From the sequence record NC_049953.1: a stretch of 47,224 bases of DNA. The stretch is one strand, 5' to 3'. Both the position numbers and the translations under genes were made by a program. Origin of the DNA: Escherichia phage ev099. This document shows positions 35,181 through 44,811 of this stretch, in pieces; the first letter of the stretch is position 1, and each line of letters opens with the position of its first letter. The notes beneath the pieces are model-generated. The model was given only the letters and a program-made list of their open reading frames with translations, did no database searches and was not told the origin of the DNA.

Positions 35181-36038
35181 TTATCGTTTATTTCTTTGAT
35201 GTTTCTTTGCAGACTCAGCTTGAGTGTTTCCATACCTGCGTTTACCGCTATTGTTTTTTCCTCTAGGCTTGCCTTTTTTTCGATCTTCCCACCAGTCAGG
35301 TGCCGGGTCTGGCTCAACATGTAAAGCATCGGCAAGTCCTGATATCAAGCTGTATGACTGAACTCCATCAATGTGCTCTGACAGTGATGGGGTAACATTC
35401 TGTCTTAGTGGATCAAGAATAAAATCAATACCTTTAATTCTGGCGTGTTTGGCGGCAGGCACAAAGTCTGAGTCCCCAGCAACAAGGACAATTACATCAA
35501 CAAGTTTTTCATAAGCTAAAGTCGTGATATCCATCCCTAGCTTGATATCAACTTGTTTTTGTTTGATGTCATAGTAAAAATCATCATTTGTCAGTTCATC
35601 CCATTTTTTCGTTCCTTTCATCAGAGCATCAAGGGAGAATGTAGTTAGTTGCCATCGCTTATTATCAACAAGATTCCCTAATCTTAAGGCTGTTTTTCGA
35701 GTTTTTCTTAACTCTTCATGCAGCTCCGTTCTCAGAATATATGATTTTTCGAGTTTGAAATTCTTGCGACCAGGCGTCTTATTGCCAGGCTCAGGAAGTG
35801 GAAGGCGTGTTTGAATGTCGAGTGGTGGACAGTCATAGAAGTAAATTCTATAAAGCTCAAGCGGTTCCCTACGTTCTTGTGATTGACGTTTTCCATTAAG
35901 ATGGGAAAGAACCATTGACCATATTACTTTCATTATGCATTGCGCAGTCAGTTCATGCTCGGCGAAGTGTTTACGATGCGTAGCATGAACACGCTGCATG
36001 AAAAAACCCGCATCAATTAAAATTGCTGCTTTCTTCAT
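35181..36038 (-). CDS. NYN-domain (PIN-like) putative nuclease with basic C-terminal tail, occupying the rexA/rexB position
   Basis: 285 aa; KKAAILIDAGFF at N-terminus and DVIVLVAGDSDFVPAAK...GIDF core resemble NYN/LabA motifs; Lys/Arg-rich tail; located between cI and OL. Confidence 0.75.
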   Translation of the reverse strand: MKKAAILIDAGFFMQRVHATHRKHFAEHELTAQCIMKVIWSMVLSHLNGKRQSQERREPLELYRIYFYDCPPLDIQTRLPLPEPGNKTPGRKNFKLEKSYILRTELHEELRKTRKTALRLGNLVDNKRWQLTTFSLDALMKGTKKWDELTNDDFYYDIKQKQVDIKLGMDITTLAYEKLVDVIVLVAGDSDFVPAAKHARIKGIDFILDPLRQNVTPSLSEHIDGVQSYSLISGLADALHVEPDPAPDWWEDRKKGKPRGKNNSGKRRYGNTQAESAKKHQRNKR

Positions 36039-36046
36039 AAGAGTCC

Positions 36047-36107
36047 CAAAAAAATAGCCCAGAGCCGTTATGCAGATATTAACAATTGTCTGCGAACGGG
36101 GCTGGGC
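36047..36107 (-). terminator. long imperfect hairpin plus U-run between cI and the NYN gene start (intrinsic terminator or leader attenuator)
   Basis: Minus strand gcccagccccgtt...aacggctctgggc (13-bp arms, 11/13 paired) followed by tattttttt, about 12 nt upstream of the NYN ATG. Confidence 0.55.
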
Positions 36108-36118
36108 TTGGTTTAATT

Positions 36119-36147
36119 AATCTATGCCAAGTTGACTGTGCCGTCAA
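36119..36147 (-). promoter_or_regulatory. candidate sigma70 promoter for the NYN gene (TTGACG / 17 bp / TAGATT) overlapping a GTTGAC-N6-GTCAAC inverted repeat
   Basis: Motif spacing read directly from sequence on minus strand; unverified. Confidence 0.35.
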
Positions 36148-36165
36148 CATAAAACTTACTTCCTA

Positions 36166-36882
<717 letters not shown>

Positions 36883-36888
36883 TTAAAT

Positions 36889-36954
36889 CTATCACCGCAA
36901 GGGATAAATATCTAACACCGTGCGTGTTGACTATTTTACCTCTGGCGGTGATAA
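36889..36954. promoter_or_regulatory. OR3-OR2-OR1 operators with divergent pRM and pR promoters
   Basis: TATCACCGCAAGGGATA, TAACACCGTGCGTGTTG, TACCTCTGGCGGTGATA; pR TTGACT / GATAAT. Confidence 0.92.
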
Positions 36955-36970
36955 TAGTTGCATGTACTAA

Positions 36971-37180
<210 letters not shown>

Positions 37181-37187
37181 ATAACCC

Positions 37188-37219
37188 CGCTCTTACCCAT
37201 CCCCGCCCTGAAAAAGGGC
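37188..37219 (+). promoter_or_regulatory. nutR (boxA CGCTCTTAC, boxB GCCCTGAAAAAGGGC)
   Basis: Sequence motifs downstream of cro. Confidence 0.88.
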
Positions 37220-37298
37220 ATCCAATTAAACCACACCTATGGTGTATGCATTTATTTGCATACATTCAATCAATTGTTATCTAAGGAAATACTTACAT

Positions 37299-37592
37299 AT
37301 GGTTCGTGCAAACAAACGCAACGAGGCACTACGAATCGAGAGTGCGTTGCTTAACAAAATCGCAATGCTTGGAACTGAGAAGACAGCGGAAGCTGTGGGA
37401 GTTGATAAGTCGCAGATCAGCAGGTGGAAGAGAGACTGGATTCCCAAGTTCTCAATGCTGCTTGCTGTTCTTGAATGGGGGGTCGTTGACGACGACATGG
37501 CTCGATTGGCGCGACAAGTTGCTGCGATTCTCACCAATAAAAAACGCCCGGCGGCAACCGAGCGTTCTGAACAAATCCAGATGGAGTTCTGA
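37299..37592 (+). CDS. cII: CII transcriptional activator
   Basis: 97 aa MVRANKRNEALRIESALLNKIAMLGTEKTAEAVGVDKSQISRWKRDWIPKFSMLLAVLEWGVV... Confidence 0.95.
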   Translation: MVRANKRNEALRIESALLNKIAMLGTEKTAEAVGVDKSQISRWKRDWIPKFSMLLAVLEWGVVDDDMARLARQVAAILTNKKRPAATERSEQIQMEF

Positions 37593-37624
37593 GGTCATTA
37601 CTGGATCTATCAACAGGAGTCATT

Positions 37625-38524
37625 ATGACAAATACAGCAAAAATACTCAACTTCGGCAGAGGTAACTTTGCCGGACAGGAGCGTAATGTGGCAGATCTCG
37701 ATGATGGTTACGCCAGACTATCAAATATGCTGCTTGAGGCTTATTCGGGCGCAGATCTGACCAAGCGACAGTTTAAAGTGCTGCTTGCCATTCTGCGTAA
37801 AACCTATGGGTGGAATAAACCAATGGACAGAATCACCGATTCTCAACTTAGCGAGATTACAAAGTTACCTGTCAAACGGTGCAATGAAGCCAAGTTAGAA
37901 CTCGTCAGAATGAATATTATCAAGCAGCAAGGCGGCATGTTTGGACCAAATAAAAACATCTCAGAATGGTGTATCCCTCAAAACGAGGGACAATCCCCTA
38001 AAACGAGGGATAAAACATCCCTCAAATTGGGGGATTGCTATCCCTCAAAACAGGGGGACACAAAAGACACTATTACAAAAGAAAAAAGAAAAGATTATTC
38101 GTCAGAGAATTCTGGCGAATCCTCTGACCAGCCAGAAAACGATCTTTCTGTGGTTAAACCGGATGCTGCAATTCAGAGCGGCAGCAAGTGGGGGACAGCA
38201 GAAGACCTGACCGCCGCAGAGTGGATGTTTGACATGGTGAAGACTATCGCACCATCAGCCAGAAAACCGAATTTTGCTGGGTGGGCTAACGATATCCGCC
38301 TGATGCGTGAACGTGACGGACGTAACCACCGCGATATGTGTGTGCTTTTCCGCTGGGCCTGCCAGGACAACTTCTGGTCCGGTAACGTGCTGAGTCCGGC
38401 CAAACTCCGCGACAAGTGGACCCAGCTCGAAATCAACCGTAACAAGCAACAGGCAGGCGTGACAGCCAGCAAACCAAAACTCGACCTGACAAACACTGAC
38501 TGGATTTACGGGGTGGATTTATGA
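37625..38524 (+). CDS. O: replication initiator O
   Basis: 299 aa with embedded ori iterons. Confidence 0.95.
   Translation: MTNTAKILNFGRGNFAGQERNVADLDDGYARLSNMLLEAYSGADLTKRQFKVLLAILRKTYGWNKPMDRITDSQLSEITKLPVKRCNEAKLELVRMNIIKQQGGMFGPNKNISEWCIPQNEGQSPKTRDKTSLKLGDCYPSKQGDTKDTITKEKRKDYSSENSGESSDQPENDLSVVKPDAAIQSGSKWGTAEDLTAAEWMFDMVKTIAPSARKPNFAGWANDIRLMRERDGRNHRDMCVLFRWACQDNFWSGNVLSPAKLRDKWTQLEINRNKQQAGVTASKPKLDLTNTDWIYGVDL
37974..38110 (+). repeat. ori-lambda: four approx 18-bp iterons (ATCCCTCAAAACGAGGGA-like) plus AT-rich region inside O
   Basis: tccctcaaaacgaggga / tcccctaaaacgaggga / tccctcaaattggggga / tccctcaaaacaggggga then A-rich stretch. Confidence 0.88.
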
Positions 38525-39222
38525 AAAACATCGCCGCACAGATGGTTAACTTTGACCGTGAGCAGATGCGTCGGATCGCCAACAACATGCCGGAACAGTA
38601 CGACGAAAAGCCGCAGGTACAACAGGTAGCGCAGATCATCAATGGTGTGTTCAGCCAGTTACTGGCAACTTTCCCGGCGAGCCTGGCTAACCGGGACCAG
38701 AACGAACTGAACGAAATCCGCCGCCAGTGGGTGCTGGCTTTCCGGGAAAACGGGATCACCACAATGGAACAGGTTAACGCAGGAATGCGCGTAGCCCGTC
38801 GGCAGAATCGACCATTTCTGCCATCACCCGGGCAGTTTGTTGCATGGTGCCGGGAAGAAGCATCCGTTATCGCCGGACTGCCAAACGTCAGCGAGCTGGT
38901 TGATATGGTTTACGAGTATTGCCGGAAGCGAGGCCTGTATCCGGATGCGGAGTCTTATCCGTGGAAATCAAACGCGCACTACTGGCTGGTTACCAACCTG
39001 TATCAGAACATGCGGGCCAATGCGCTTACTGATGCGGAATTACGCCGTAAGGCCGCAGATGAGCTTGTCCATATGACTGCGAGAATTAACCGTGGTGAGG
39101 CGATCCCTGAACCAGTAAAACAACTTCCTGTCATGGGCGGTAGACCTCTAAATCGTGCACAGGCTCTGGCGAAGATCGCAGAAATCAAAGCTAAGTTCGG
39201 ACTGAAAGGAGCAAGTGTATGA
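38521..39222 (+). CDS. P: replication protein P (DnaB helicase loader)
   Basis: 233 aa, ATGA overlap with O. Confidence 0.95.
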   Translation: MKNIAAQMVNFDREQMRRIANNMPEQYDEKPQVQQVAQIINGVFSQLLATFPASLANRDQNELNEIRRQWVLAFRENGITTMEQVNAGMRVARRQNRPFLPSPGQFVAWCREEASVIAGLPNVSELVDMVYEYCRKRGLYPDAESYPWKSNAHYWLVTNLYQNMRANALTDAELRRKAADELVHMTARINRGEAIPEPVKQLPVMGGRPLNRAQALAKIAEIKAKFGLKGASV

Positions 39223-39509
39223 CGGGCAAAGAGGCAATTATTCATTACCTGGGGACGCATAATAGCTTCTGTGCGCCGGACGTTGCCGCGCTAACAGGCG
39301 CAACAGTAACCAGCATAAATCAGGCCGCGGCTAAAATGGCACGGGCAGGTCTTCTGGTTATCGAAGGTAAGGTCTGGCGAACGGTGTATTACCGGTTTGC
39401 TACCAAGGAAGAACGGGAAGGAAAGATGAGCACGAACCTGATTTTTAAGGAGTGTCGCCAGAGTGCCGCGATGAAACGGGTATTGGCGGTATATGGAGTT
39501 AAAAGATGA
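39219..39509 (+). CDS. ren: Ren exclusion protein
   Basis: 96 aa, overlaps P stop. Confidence 0.88.
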   Translation: MTGKEAIIHYLGTHNSFCAPDVAALTGATVTSINQAAAKMARAGLLVIEGKVWRTVYYRFATKEEREGKMSTNLIFKECRQSAAMKRVLAVYGVKR

Positions 39510-39533
39510 CCATCTACATCACTGAGCTAATAA

Positions 39534-39566
39534 CAGGCCTGCTGGTAATCGCAGGCCTTTTTATTT
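39534..39566 (+). terminator. tR2-like rho-independent terminator between ren and ninB
   Basis: aggcctgc-tggtaatc-gcaggcct hairpin followed by ttttt. Confidence 0.75.
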
Positions 39567-39582
39567 GGGGGAGAGGGAAGTC

Positions 39583-40023
39583 ATGAAAAAACTAACCTTT
39601 GAAATTCGATCTCCAGCACATCAGCAAAACGCTATTCACGCAGTACAGCAAATCCTTCCAGACCCAACCAAACCAATCGTAGTAACCATTCAGGAACGCA
39701 ACCGCAGCTTAGACCAAAACAGGAAGCTATGGGCCTGCTTAGGTGACGTCTCTCGTCAGGTTGAATGGCATGGTCGCTGGCTGGATGCAGAAAGCTGGAA
39801 GTGTGTGTTTACCGCAGCATTAAAGCAGCAGGATGTTGTTCCTAACCTTGCCGGGAATGGCTTTGTGGTAATAGGCCAGTCAACCAGCAGGATGCGTGTA
39901 GGCGAATTTGCGGAGCTATTAGAGCTTATACAGGCATTCGGTACAGAGCGTGGCGTTAAGTGGTCAGACGAAGCGAGACTGGCTCTGGAGTGGAAAGCGA
40001 GATGGGGAGATCGGGCTGCATGA
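39583..40023 (+). CDS. ninB: NinB (Orf recombination mediator)
   Basis: 146 aa MKKLTFEIRSPAHQQNAIHAVQQILPDPTKPIVVTIQERNRSLDQNRKLWA... Confidence 0.93.
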   Translation: MKKLTFEIRSPAHQQNAIHAVQQILPDPTKPIVVTIQERNRSLDQNRKLWACLGDVSRQVEWHGRWLDAESWKCVFTAALKQQDVVPNLAGNGFVVIGQSTSRMRVGEFAELLELIQAFGTERGVKWSDEARLALEWKARWGDRAA

Positions 40024-40547
40024 CTATCAAATCAAATACGCCAGCACACGACAAGGACTGCTGGCAAACGCCGCTTTGGCTTTTTGATGCACTGGATATT
40101 GAGTTTGGATTCTGGCTGGATTCTGCAGCGAGCGACAAAAATGCTCTGTGTGCTCACTGGCTAACTGAGGCCGACGACGCGCTCAATTCTGAGTGGGTAA
40201 GCCACGGTGCAATCTGGAATAACCCACCGTACAGCAATATCAGGCCGTGGGTGGAAAAAGCCGCTGAGCAGTGCATACAACAGCGACAGACGGTAGTTAT
40301 GCTTGTGCCAGAGGATATGTCAGTCGGATGGTTCAGCAAGGCTCTGGAGAGTGTCGACGAAGTTCGCATTATCACTGATGGACGGATTAATTTTATCGAA
40401 CCATCGACAGGGCTGGAGAAGAAGGGAAACAGCAAAGGCTCCATGCTGCTGATTTGGCGACCGTTCATCAGTCCTCGACGGATGTTTACTACCGTATCCA
40501 AAGCGGCATTGATGGCGATCGGGCAGGGCGTCAGGAGGGCGGCATGA
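40020..40547 (+). CDS. phage-type DNA N6-adenine methyltransferase (Dam-like), replacing lambda ninC/ninD
   Basis: 175 aa from ATG 40020 (ATGA overlap with ninB); [11 protein letters not shown] and WNNPPYS (NPPY motif IV). Confidence 0.85.
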   Translation: MTIKSNTPAHDKDCWQTPLWLFDALDIEFGFWLDSAASDKNALCAHWLTEADDALNSEWVSHGAIWNNPPYSNIRPWVEKAAEQCIQQRQTVVMLVPEDMSVGWFSKALESVDEVRIITDGRINFIEPSTGLEKKGNSKGSMLLIWRPFISPRRMFTTVSKAALMAIGQGVRRAA

Positions 40548-40720
40548 GGCGACAGCGACGAAGTTTCACCGACATCATCTGCGAAAACTGCAAATACCTT
40601 CCAACGAAACGCTCCAGAAATAAACGCAAGCCAATCCCAAAAGAATCTGACGTAAAAACCTTCAATTACACAGCTCACCTGTGGGATATCCGGTGGCTAA
40701 GATATCGTGCGAGGAAATGA
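40544..40720 (+). CDS. ninE: NinE
   Basis: [52 protein letters not shown]... Confidence 0.8.
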   Translation: MRRQRRSFTDIICENCKYLPTKRSRNKRKPIPKESDVKTFNYTAHLWDIRWLRYRARK

Positions 40721-41064
40721 CAATGGATTATTCACAGTTAAGTGATTTTGAAATTAACAGAATGGTAGGAGACATAATTTTTAAAGGCCTTTGGGCAAGT
40801 AAACCGGAAACATCAGGGAATAACACCAACAAATGGTATTACGGAAATGCTGATACAACTTTTGAGCCATTAAATCATTTGCCTGACTACTGCAATGATC
40901 CGAGCGCTTCATGGCCGATTATTGAGAAATACAGGATTTCTATCTTAGACCAGTTAACTGAATGGTGTGTGGATGCAAAAGGCGTAAGCCCAATATTTGA
41001 TGCCAGACCTCTCCGCGCCGCCATGATTGTCTTTCTCCTGATGCAGGAGGCCAATAATGCTTAG
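40717..41064 (+). CDS. hypothetical nin-region protein (DLP12/phage 82-like)
   Basis: 115-aa ORF, ATGA overlap with ninE; no lambda counterpart recognised. Confidence 0.55.
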   Translation: MTMDYSQLSDFEINRMVGDIIFKGLWASKPETSGNNTNKWYYGNADTTFEPLNHLPDYCNDPSASWPIIEKYRISILDQLTEWCVDAKGVSPIFDARPLRAAMIVFLLMQEANNA

Positions 41065-41251
41065 CCCATCTCAATCCCTTCAATACCTGAAAGGAAGCAT
41101 AGAGCGGGCTTCAATGTGCACAGAGTGGATTCTATCTAGGTTTAGCGCATACAGAAGATTGCCGGTAAAGGGCATGCCAAGCAAGTCGATGCTGCATATG
41201 CAAAAGAATGCGCGCTGGAAGGTATGGCGAGAACACAGGTTATCTGGCTGA
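41057..41251 (+). CDS. small basic protein whose first 10 codons match lambda NinF ([10 protein letters not shown]) before diverging
   Basis: 64-aa ORF; probable mosaic junction inside ninF. Confidence 0.4.
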   Translation: MLSPSQSLQYLKGSIERASMCTEWILSRFSAYRRLPVKGMPSKSMLHMQKNARWKVWREHRLSG

Positions 41252-41270
41252 AAGAGGGGGTTATTAAGGC

Positions 41271-41633
41271 GTGAATACCTACAGCATTACATTACCCTGG
41301 CCTCCGAGCAATAATCGCTATTACCGCCATAATCGCGGGCGCACGCACGTTAGCGCAGAGGGGCAGGCATACTGCGATAACGTCGCCCGAATCATTAAAA
41401 ACGCAATGCTGGATATCGGCCTGGCTATGCCTGTGAAAATCCGCATTGAGTGCCACATGCCGGATCGCCGTCGCCGTGACCTGGATAATCTGCAAAAAGC
41501 CTCTTTTGACGCACTCACCAAAGCAGGTTTCTGGCTGGATGATGCTCAGGTCGTTGATTACCGCGTTGTGAAGATGCCTGTTACCAAAGGTGGGAGGCTG
41601 GAACTGACCATCACCGAAATGGGGAATGAATGA
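41271..41633 (+). CDS. rusA: RusA Holliday junction resolvase
   Basis: 120 aa [34 protein letters not shown]...RRRDLDNL... matches DLP12/phage 82 RusA. Confidence 0.93.
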   Translation: MNTYSITLPWPPSNNRYYRHNRGRTHVSAEGQAYCDNVARIIKNAMLDIGLAMPVKIRIECHMPDRRRRDLDNLQKASFDALTKAGFWLDDAQVVDYRVVKMPVTKGGRLELTITEMGNE

Positions 41634-41770
41634 TGTTTGAGTTTAATATGGCAGAACTTCTTCGCCACCGCTGGGGGCGTCTGCGCTTATATCGTTTCCC
41701 CGGTTCTGTTTTGACCGATTACCGAATACTGAAGAATTACGCCAAAACCCTGACAGGAGCAGGAGTATGA
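41630..41770 (+). CDS. ylcG: small protein YlcG-like
   Basis: 46-aa [53 protein letters not shown] overlap with rusA. Confidence 0.5.
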   Translation: MMFEFNMAELLRHRWGRLRLYRFPGSVLTDYRILKNYAKTLTGAGV

Positions 41771-41855
41771 AGTCAGAGATAACAATCAACTAATACTGTT
41801 TTGTTGATTTTTGCTTGTAATTGGCGTTCTGGTCTGATTTTTGTGGAGTAAGTTG

Positions 41856-42239
41856 ATGCGTGATATTCAGATGGTTCTTGAGCGTTGGGGAGCGTGGGCG
41901 GCTAATAATCATGAAGATGTGACCTGGTCGTCCATTGCCGCCGGTTTTAAGGGATTAATTACTTCAAAAGTAAAATCTCGCCCGCAATGTTGTGACGATG
42001 ACGCGATGATCATTTGCGGGTGCATGGCCCGTCTGAAAAAGAACAACAGCGATTTGCACGATTTATTAGTAGATTATTATGTAGTCGGTATGACATTCAT
42101 GTCACTGGCAGGTAAGCATTGCTGCTCTGATGGTTATATCGGGAAAAGGTTACAGAAGGCTGAGGGTATAATTGAAGGGATGTTAATGGCATTAGATATC
42201 CGGTTAGAGATGGATATCGTTGTTAATAACTCTAATTAA
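41856..42239 (+). CDS. Q: late gene antiterminator Q, phage 82 / DLP12 QuuD type
   Basis: [33 protein letters not shown]... with Cys-rich zinc-binding region; not lambda-type Q. Confidence 0.88.
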   Translation: MRDIQMVLERWGAWAANNHEDVTWSSIAAGFKGLITSKVKSRPQCCDDDAMIICGCMARLKKNNSDLHDLLVDYYVVGMTFMSLAGKHCCSDGYIGKRLQKAEGIIEGMLMALDIRLEMDIVVNNSN

Positions 42240-42272
42240 TATGCCAATTGTTTACTAAAAATTATTAAAAAT

Positions 42273-42290
42273 GGGGCGTTGAGACGCCCC
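42273..42290 (-). terminator. hairpin plus T-run (minus strand) in the Q-to-porin intergenic region
   Basis: ggggcgtctcaacgcccc followed by atttttaataattttt on minus strand. Confidence 0.5.
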
Positions 42291-42380
42291 CAAAAATAAA
42301 GGGTAATATATAACAGAAGGTTTATATAGTTAGAAGCAAGGTTGTGCTCCTAAAGGAAGTGGCTTGAGGGAGCCACTTAT

Positions 42381-42417
42381 ATGTTGGGGAGGCAAAGCCT
42401 CCCGCAACATATCTTTT
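42381..42417. terminator. palindromic hairpin (GTTGGGGAGGC...GCCTCCCGCAAC) usable as terminator in either direction; tR'-like on plus strand and porin terminator on minus
   Basis: 12-bp stem; plus strand followed by atctttt. Confidence 0.5.
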
Positions 42418-42427
42418 AGTAATCAAA

Positions 42428-43510
42428 TTAGAACTGGTAAACCATACCTACAGCAACGATATCATCGGTAGCAACGCCAGATGCTTTCGTGAAATCGCTC
42501 TTATCAATCAGGTTGATTTTGTAGTCAACAAAAGTGGACATATTTTTGTTGAAGTAATAGGTTGCACCTACATCAACATATTCAACCAGGTCCTGATCAC
42601 CCCAAACACCCAAGTCTTTTCCTTTAGAATGCAGGTAAGCAACGGATGGACGCAGGCCGAAGTCGAACTGATATTGTGCAACAGCTTCGAAGTTTTGTGC
42701 TTTGTTGGCAATATGGTTATTACCAAAAACAGTCATGTTCTGGGTTTCAGAATAGGTGGTGGCCAGATAGATGTTGTTCGCATCATATTTCAGACCAGCT
42801 GCCCATACTTCAGCATTTTGACCAGAAGCATTCAGACCGTTGTTACCGTAGATAACCTGATTATTAGTGCGATCAGATTTAGCATAGGTTGCACCCACGC
42901 CGAATCCTTCATACTCATAAGTAGTTGAGAAACCGAAACCATCGCCATTAGCTTCAGTTACTTCATTTCGGTCATTTTTGCCCTGATACTGAGCTGCAAA
43001 GTTCAGGCCATCAACCAGACCAAAGAAGTCGTTGTTACGATAAGTTGCAACACCTGTGGTGCGACCAGTCATGAATACATCTGTTTGGGTCCAGGTATCG
43101 CCACCGAATTCTGGCAGAACGTCAGTCCACGCACCGATGTCGTATGCTACACCGTAGTTACGGCCGTAATCGATTGAGCCGTAGTCACCGAATTTCAGGC
43201 CTGCAAATGCAAGACGGGTTTTGTCTTTGGAGGAACCTTGAGATTCAGCGCGGTTGCCTTTGAATTCATATTCCCACTGACCGAAACCAGTCAGTTGATC
43301 GTTGATTTGGGTTTCACCTTTGAAGCCAAGACGGGCATAAGTAGTATCACCATCATCTGCATCATTAGAGGAGAAGTAGTGCTTAGCATTAACTTTCCCG
43401 TACAGATCCAGCTTGTTACTGTCTTTATTATAAATTTCAGCTGCCTGAGCAGACATCGCCATCAGTACTGATGCAGCTACAGCAGAAATTGCCACTGTTA
43501 ATTTTTTCAT
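42428..43510 (-). CDS. outer membrane general porin (NmpC/Lc/OmpC family), intact
   Basis: 360 aa; signal peptide [39 protein letters not shown]..., C-terminal ...VAVGMVYQF. Confidence 0.93.
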   Translation of the reverse strand: MKKLTVAISAVAASVLMAMSAQAAEIYNKDSNKLDLYGKVNAKHYFSSNDADDGDTTYARLGFKGETQINDQLTGFGQWEYEFKGNRAESQGSSKDKTRLAFAGLKFGDYGSIDYGRNYGVAYDIGAWTDVLPEFGGDTWTQTDVFMTGRTTGVATYRNNDFFGLVDGLNFAAQYQGKNDRNEVTEANGDGFGFSTTYEYEGFGVGATYAKSDRTNNQVIYGNNGLNASGQNAEVWAAGLKYDANNIYLATTYSETQNMTVFGNNHIANKAQNFEAVAQYQFDFGLRPSVAYLHSKGKDLGVWGDQDLVEYVDVGATYYFNKNMSTFVDYKINLIDKSDFTKASGVATDDIVAVGMVYQF

Positions 43511-44098
43511 CGTGAGCCCTTTTTTTTGAACTATTATTAAAAAATGATGTCACTGCGCGATAAATATTCATCTAATCAATGTGATTATTTCAAGATGTAA
43601 GTTTTAGTTTCTCATTTAATTTGTGAAGTAGATCTCTATTTTTATCTGAACTTTTTCTATCGAAACCTATTTATGGCTCTTATTTGAACAAAAATAAACC
43701 TATTAGCTAATTTATATTAATGGCTGTTATTTATGGGGGTTCTATAATTCGGCAGTTTAATTTAAATCAACTAAAAATAACCTCTGAAATTATTTATTGG
43801 TTATTTGTTGAGGTTTTCTTATGTATTTGTGGTGGTGTTTTGAACACTCGGTAGCATTCTCATAAATATCATTCAGTGGTTTACGTACGTAAAAAATTGG
43901 TTATGCTGTTAAGAGTGGTTACTTCGTCACACAGCTTAAACCCGCCGTCGAGCTGGTTTTTCCATTTTTTGAGTCTCGATATTAGCTGATAACTCAATAC
44001 CTGAGTTATTCACTGACTCCGAGTCTGTTACGTTTCTGCTTTTTTGCGATACGTTGTATTCCCTCAATTTACACCCGCTTTGTCTGCGAGGTGGGGTT

Positions 44099-44314
44099 AT
44101 GAAATCCATGGATAAGTTAACAACGGGTGTCGCCTATGGCACCTCAGCAGGTAGTGCCGGTTACTGGTTTTTACAGCTGCTCGATAAAGTCACGCCCTCA
44201 CAGTGGGCAGCAATAGGTGTGCTGGGTAGCCTGGTATTTGGCCTGCTGACGTACCTGACAAACCTTTATTTCAAGATTAAAGAAGATAAGCGCAAGGCTG
44301 CGAGAGGTGAATAA
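44099..44314 (+). CDS. S: class II holin / pinholin (S21-type) with dual-start MKSM motif
   Basis: 71 aa [71 protein letters not shown]. Confidence 0.9.
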
Positions 44315-44811
44315 TGCCTCCATCATTACGAAAAGCCGTTGCTGCTGCTATTGGTGGCGGAGCAATTGCTATAGCATCAGTGTTAATTACTGGCCCAAGT
44401 GGTAACGATGGTCTGGAAGGTGTCAGCTACATACCATACAAAGATATTGTTGGTGTATGGACTGTATGTCACGGGCATACAGGAAAAGACATCATGCTCG
44501 GTAAAACGTATACCAAAGCAGAATGCAAAGCCCTCCTGAATAAAGACCTTGCCACGGTCGCCAGACAAATTAACCCGTACATCAAAGTCGATATACCGGA
44601 AACAATGCGCGGCGCTCTTTACTCATTCGTTTACAACGTGGGTGCTGGCAATTTCAGAACATCGACGCTTCTTCGCAAAATAAACCAGGGCGATATCAAA
44701 GGCGCATGTGATCAGCTACGTCGCTGGACATATGCTGGCGGTAAGCAATGGAAAGGTCTCATGACTCGTCGTGAGATTGAGCGTGAAATCTGTTTGTGGG
44801 GTCAGCAATGA
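44314..44811 (+). CDS. R: SAR endolysin (T4-lysozyme-like true lysozyme with N-terminal signal-anchor-release domain)
   Basis: 165 aa [44 protein letters not shown]...; TAATG overlap with holin. Confidence 0.9.
   Translation: MPPSLRKAVAAAIGGGAIAIASVLITGPSGNDGLEGVSYIPYKDIVGVWTVCHGHTGKDIMLGKTYTKAECKALLNKDLATVARQINPYIKVDIPETMRGALYSFVYNVGAGNFRTSTLLRKINQGDIKGACDQLRRWTYAGGKQWKGLMTRREIEREICLWGQQ

Noticed and set aside
42240-42300. Exact pR' late promoter and qut site downstream of Q
   Set aside because: AT-rich candidates exist but I could not assign -35/-10 elements confidently from sequence alone
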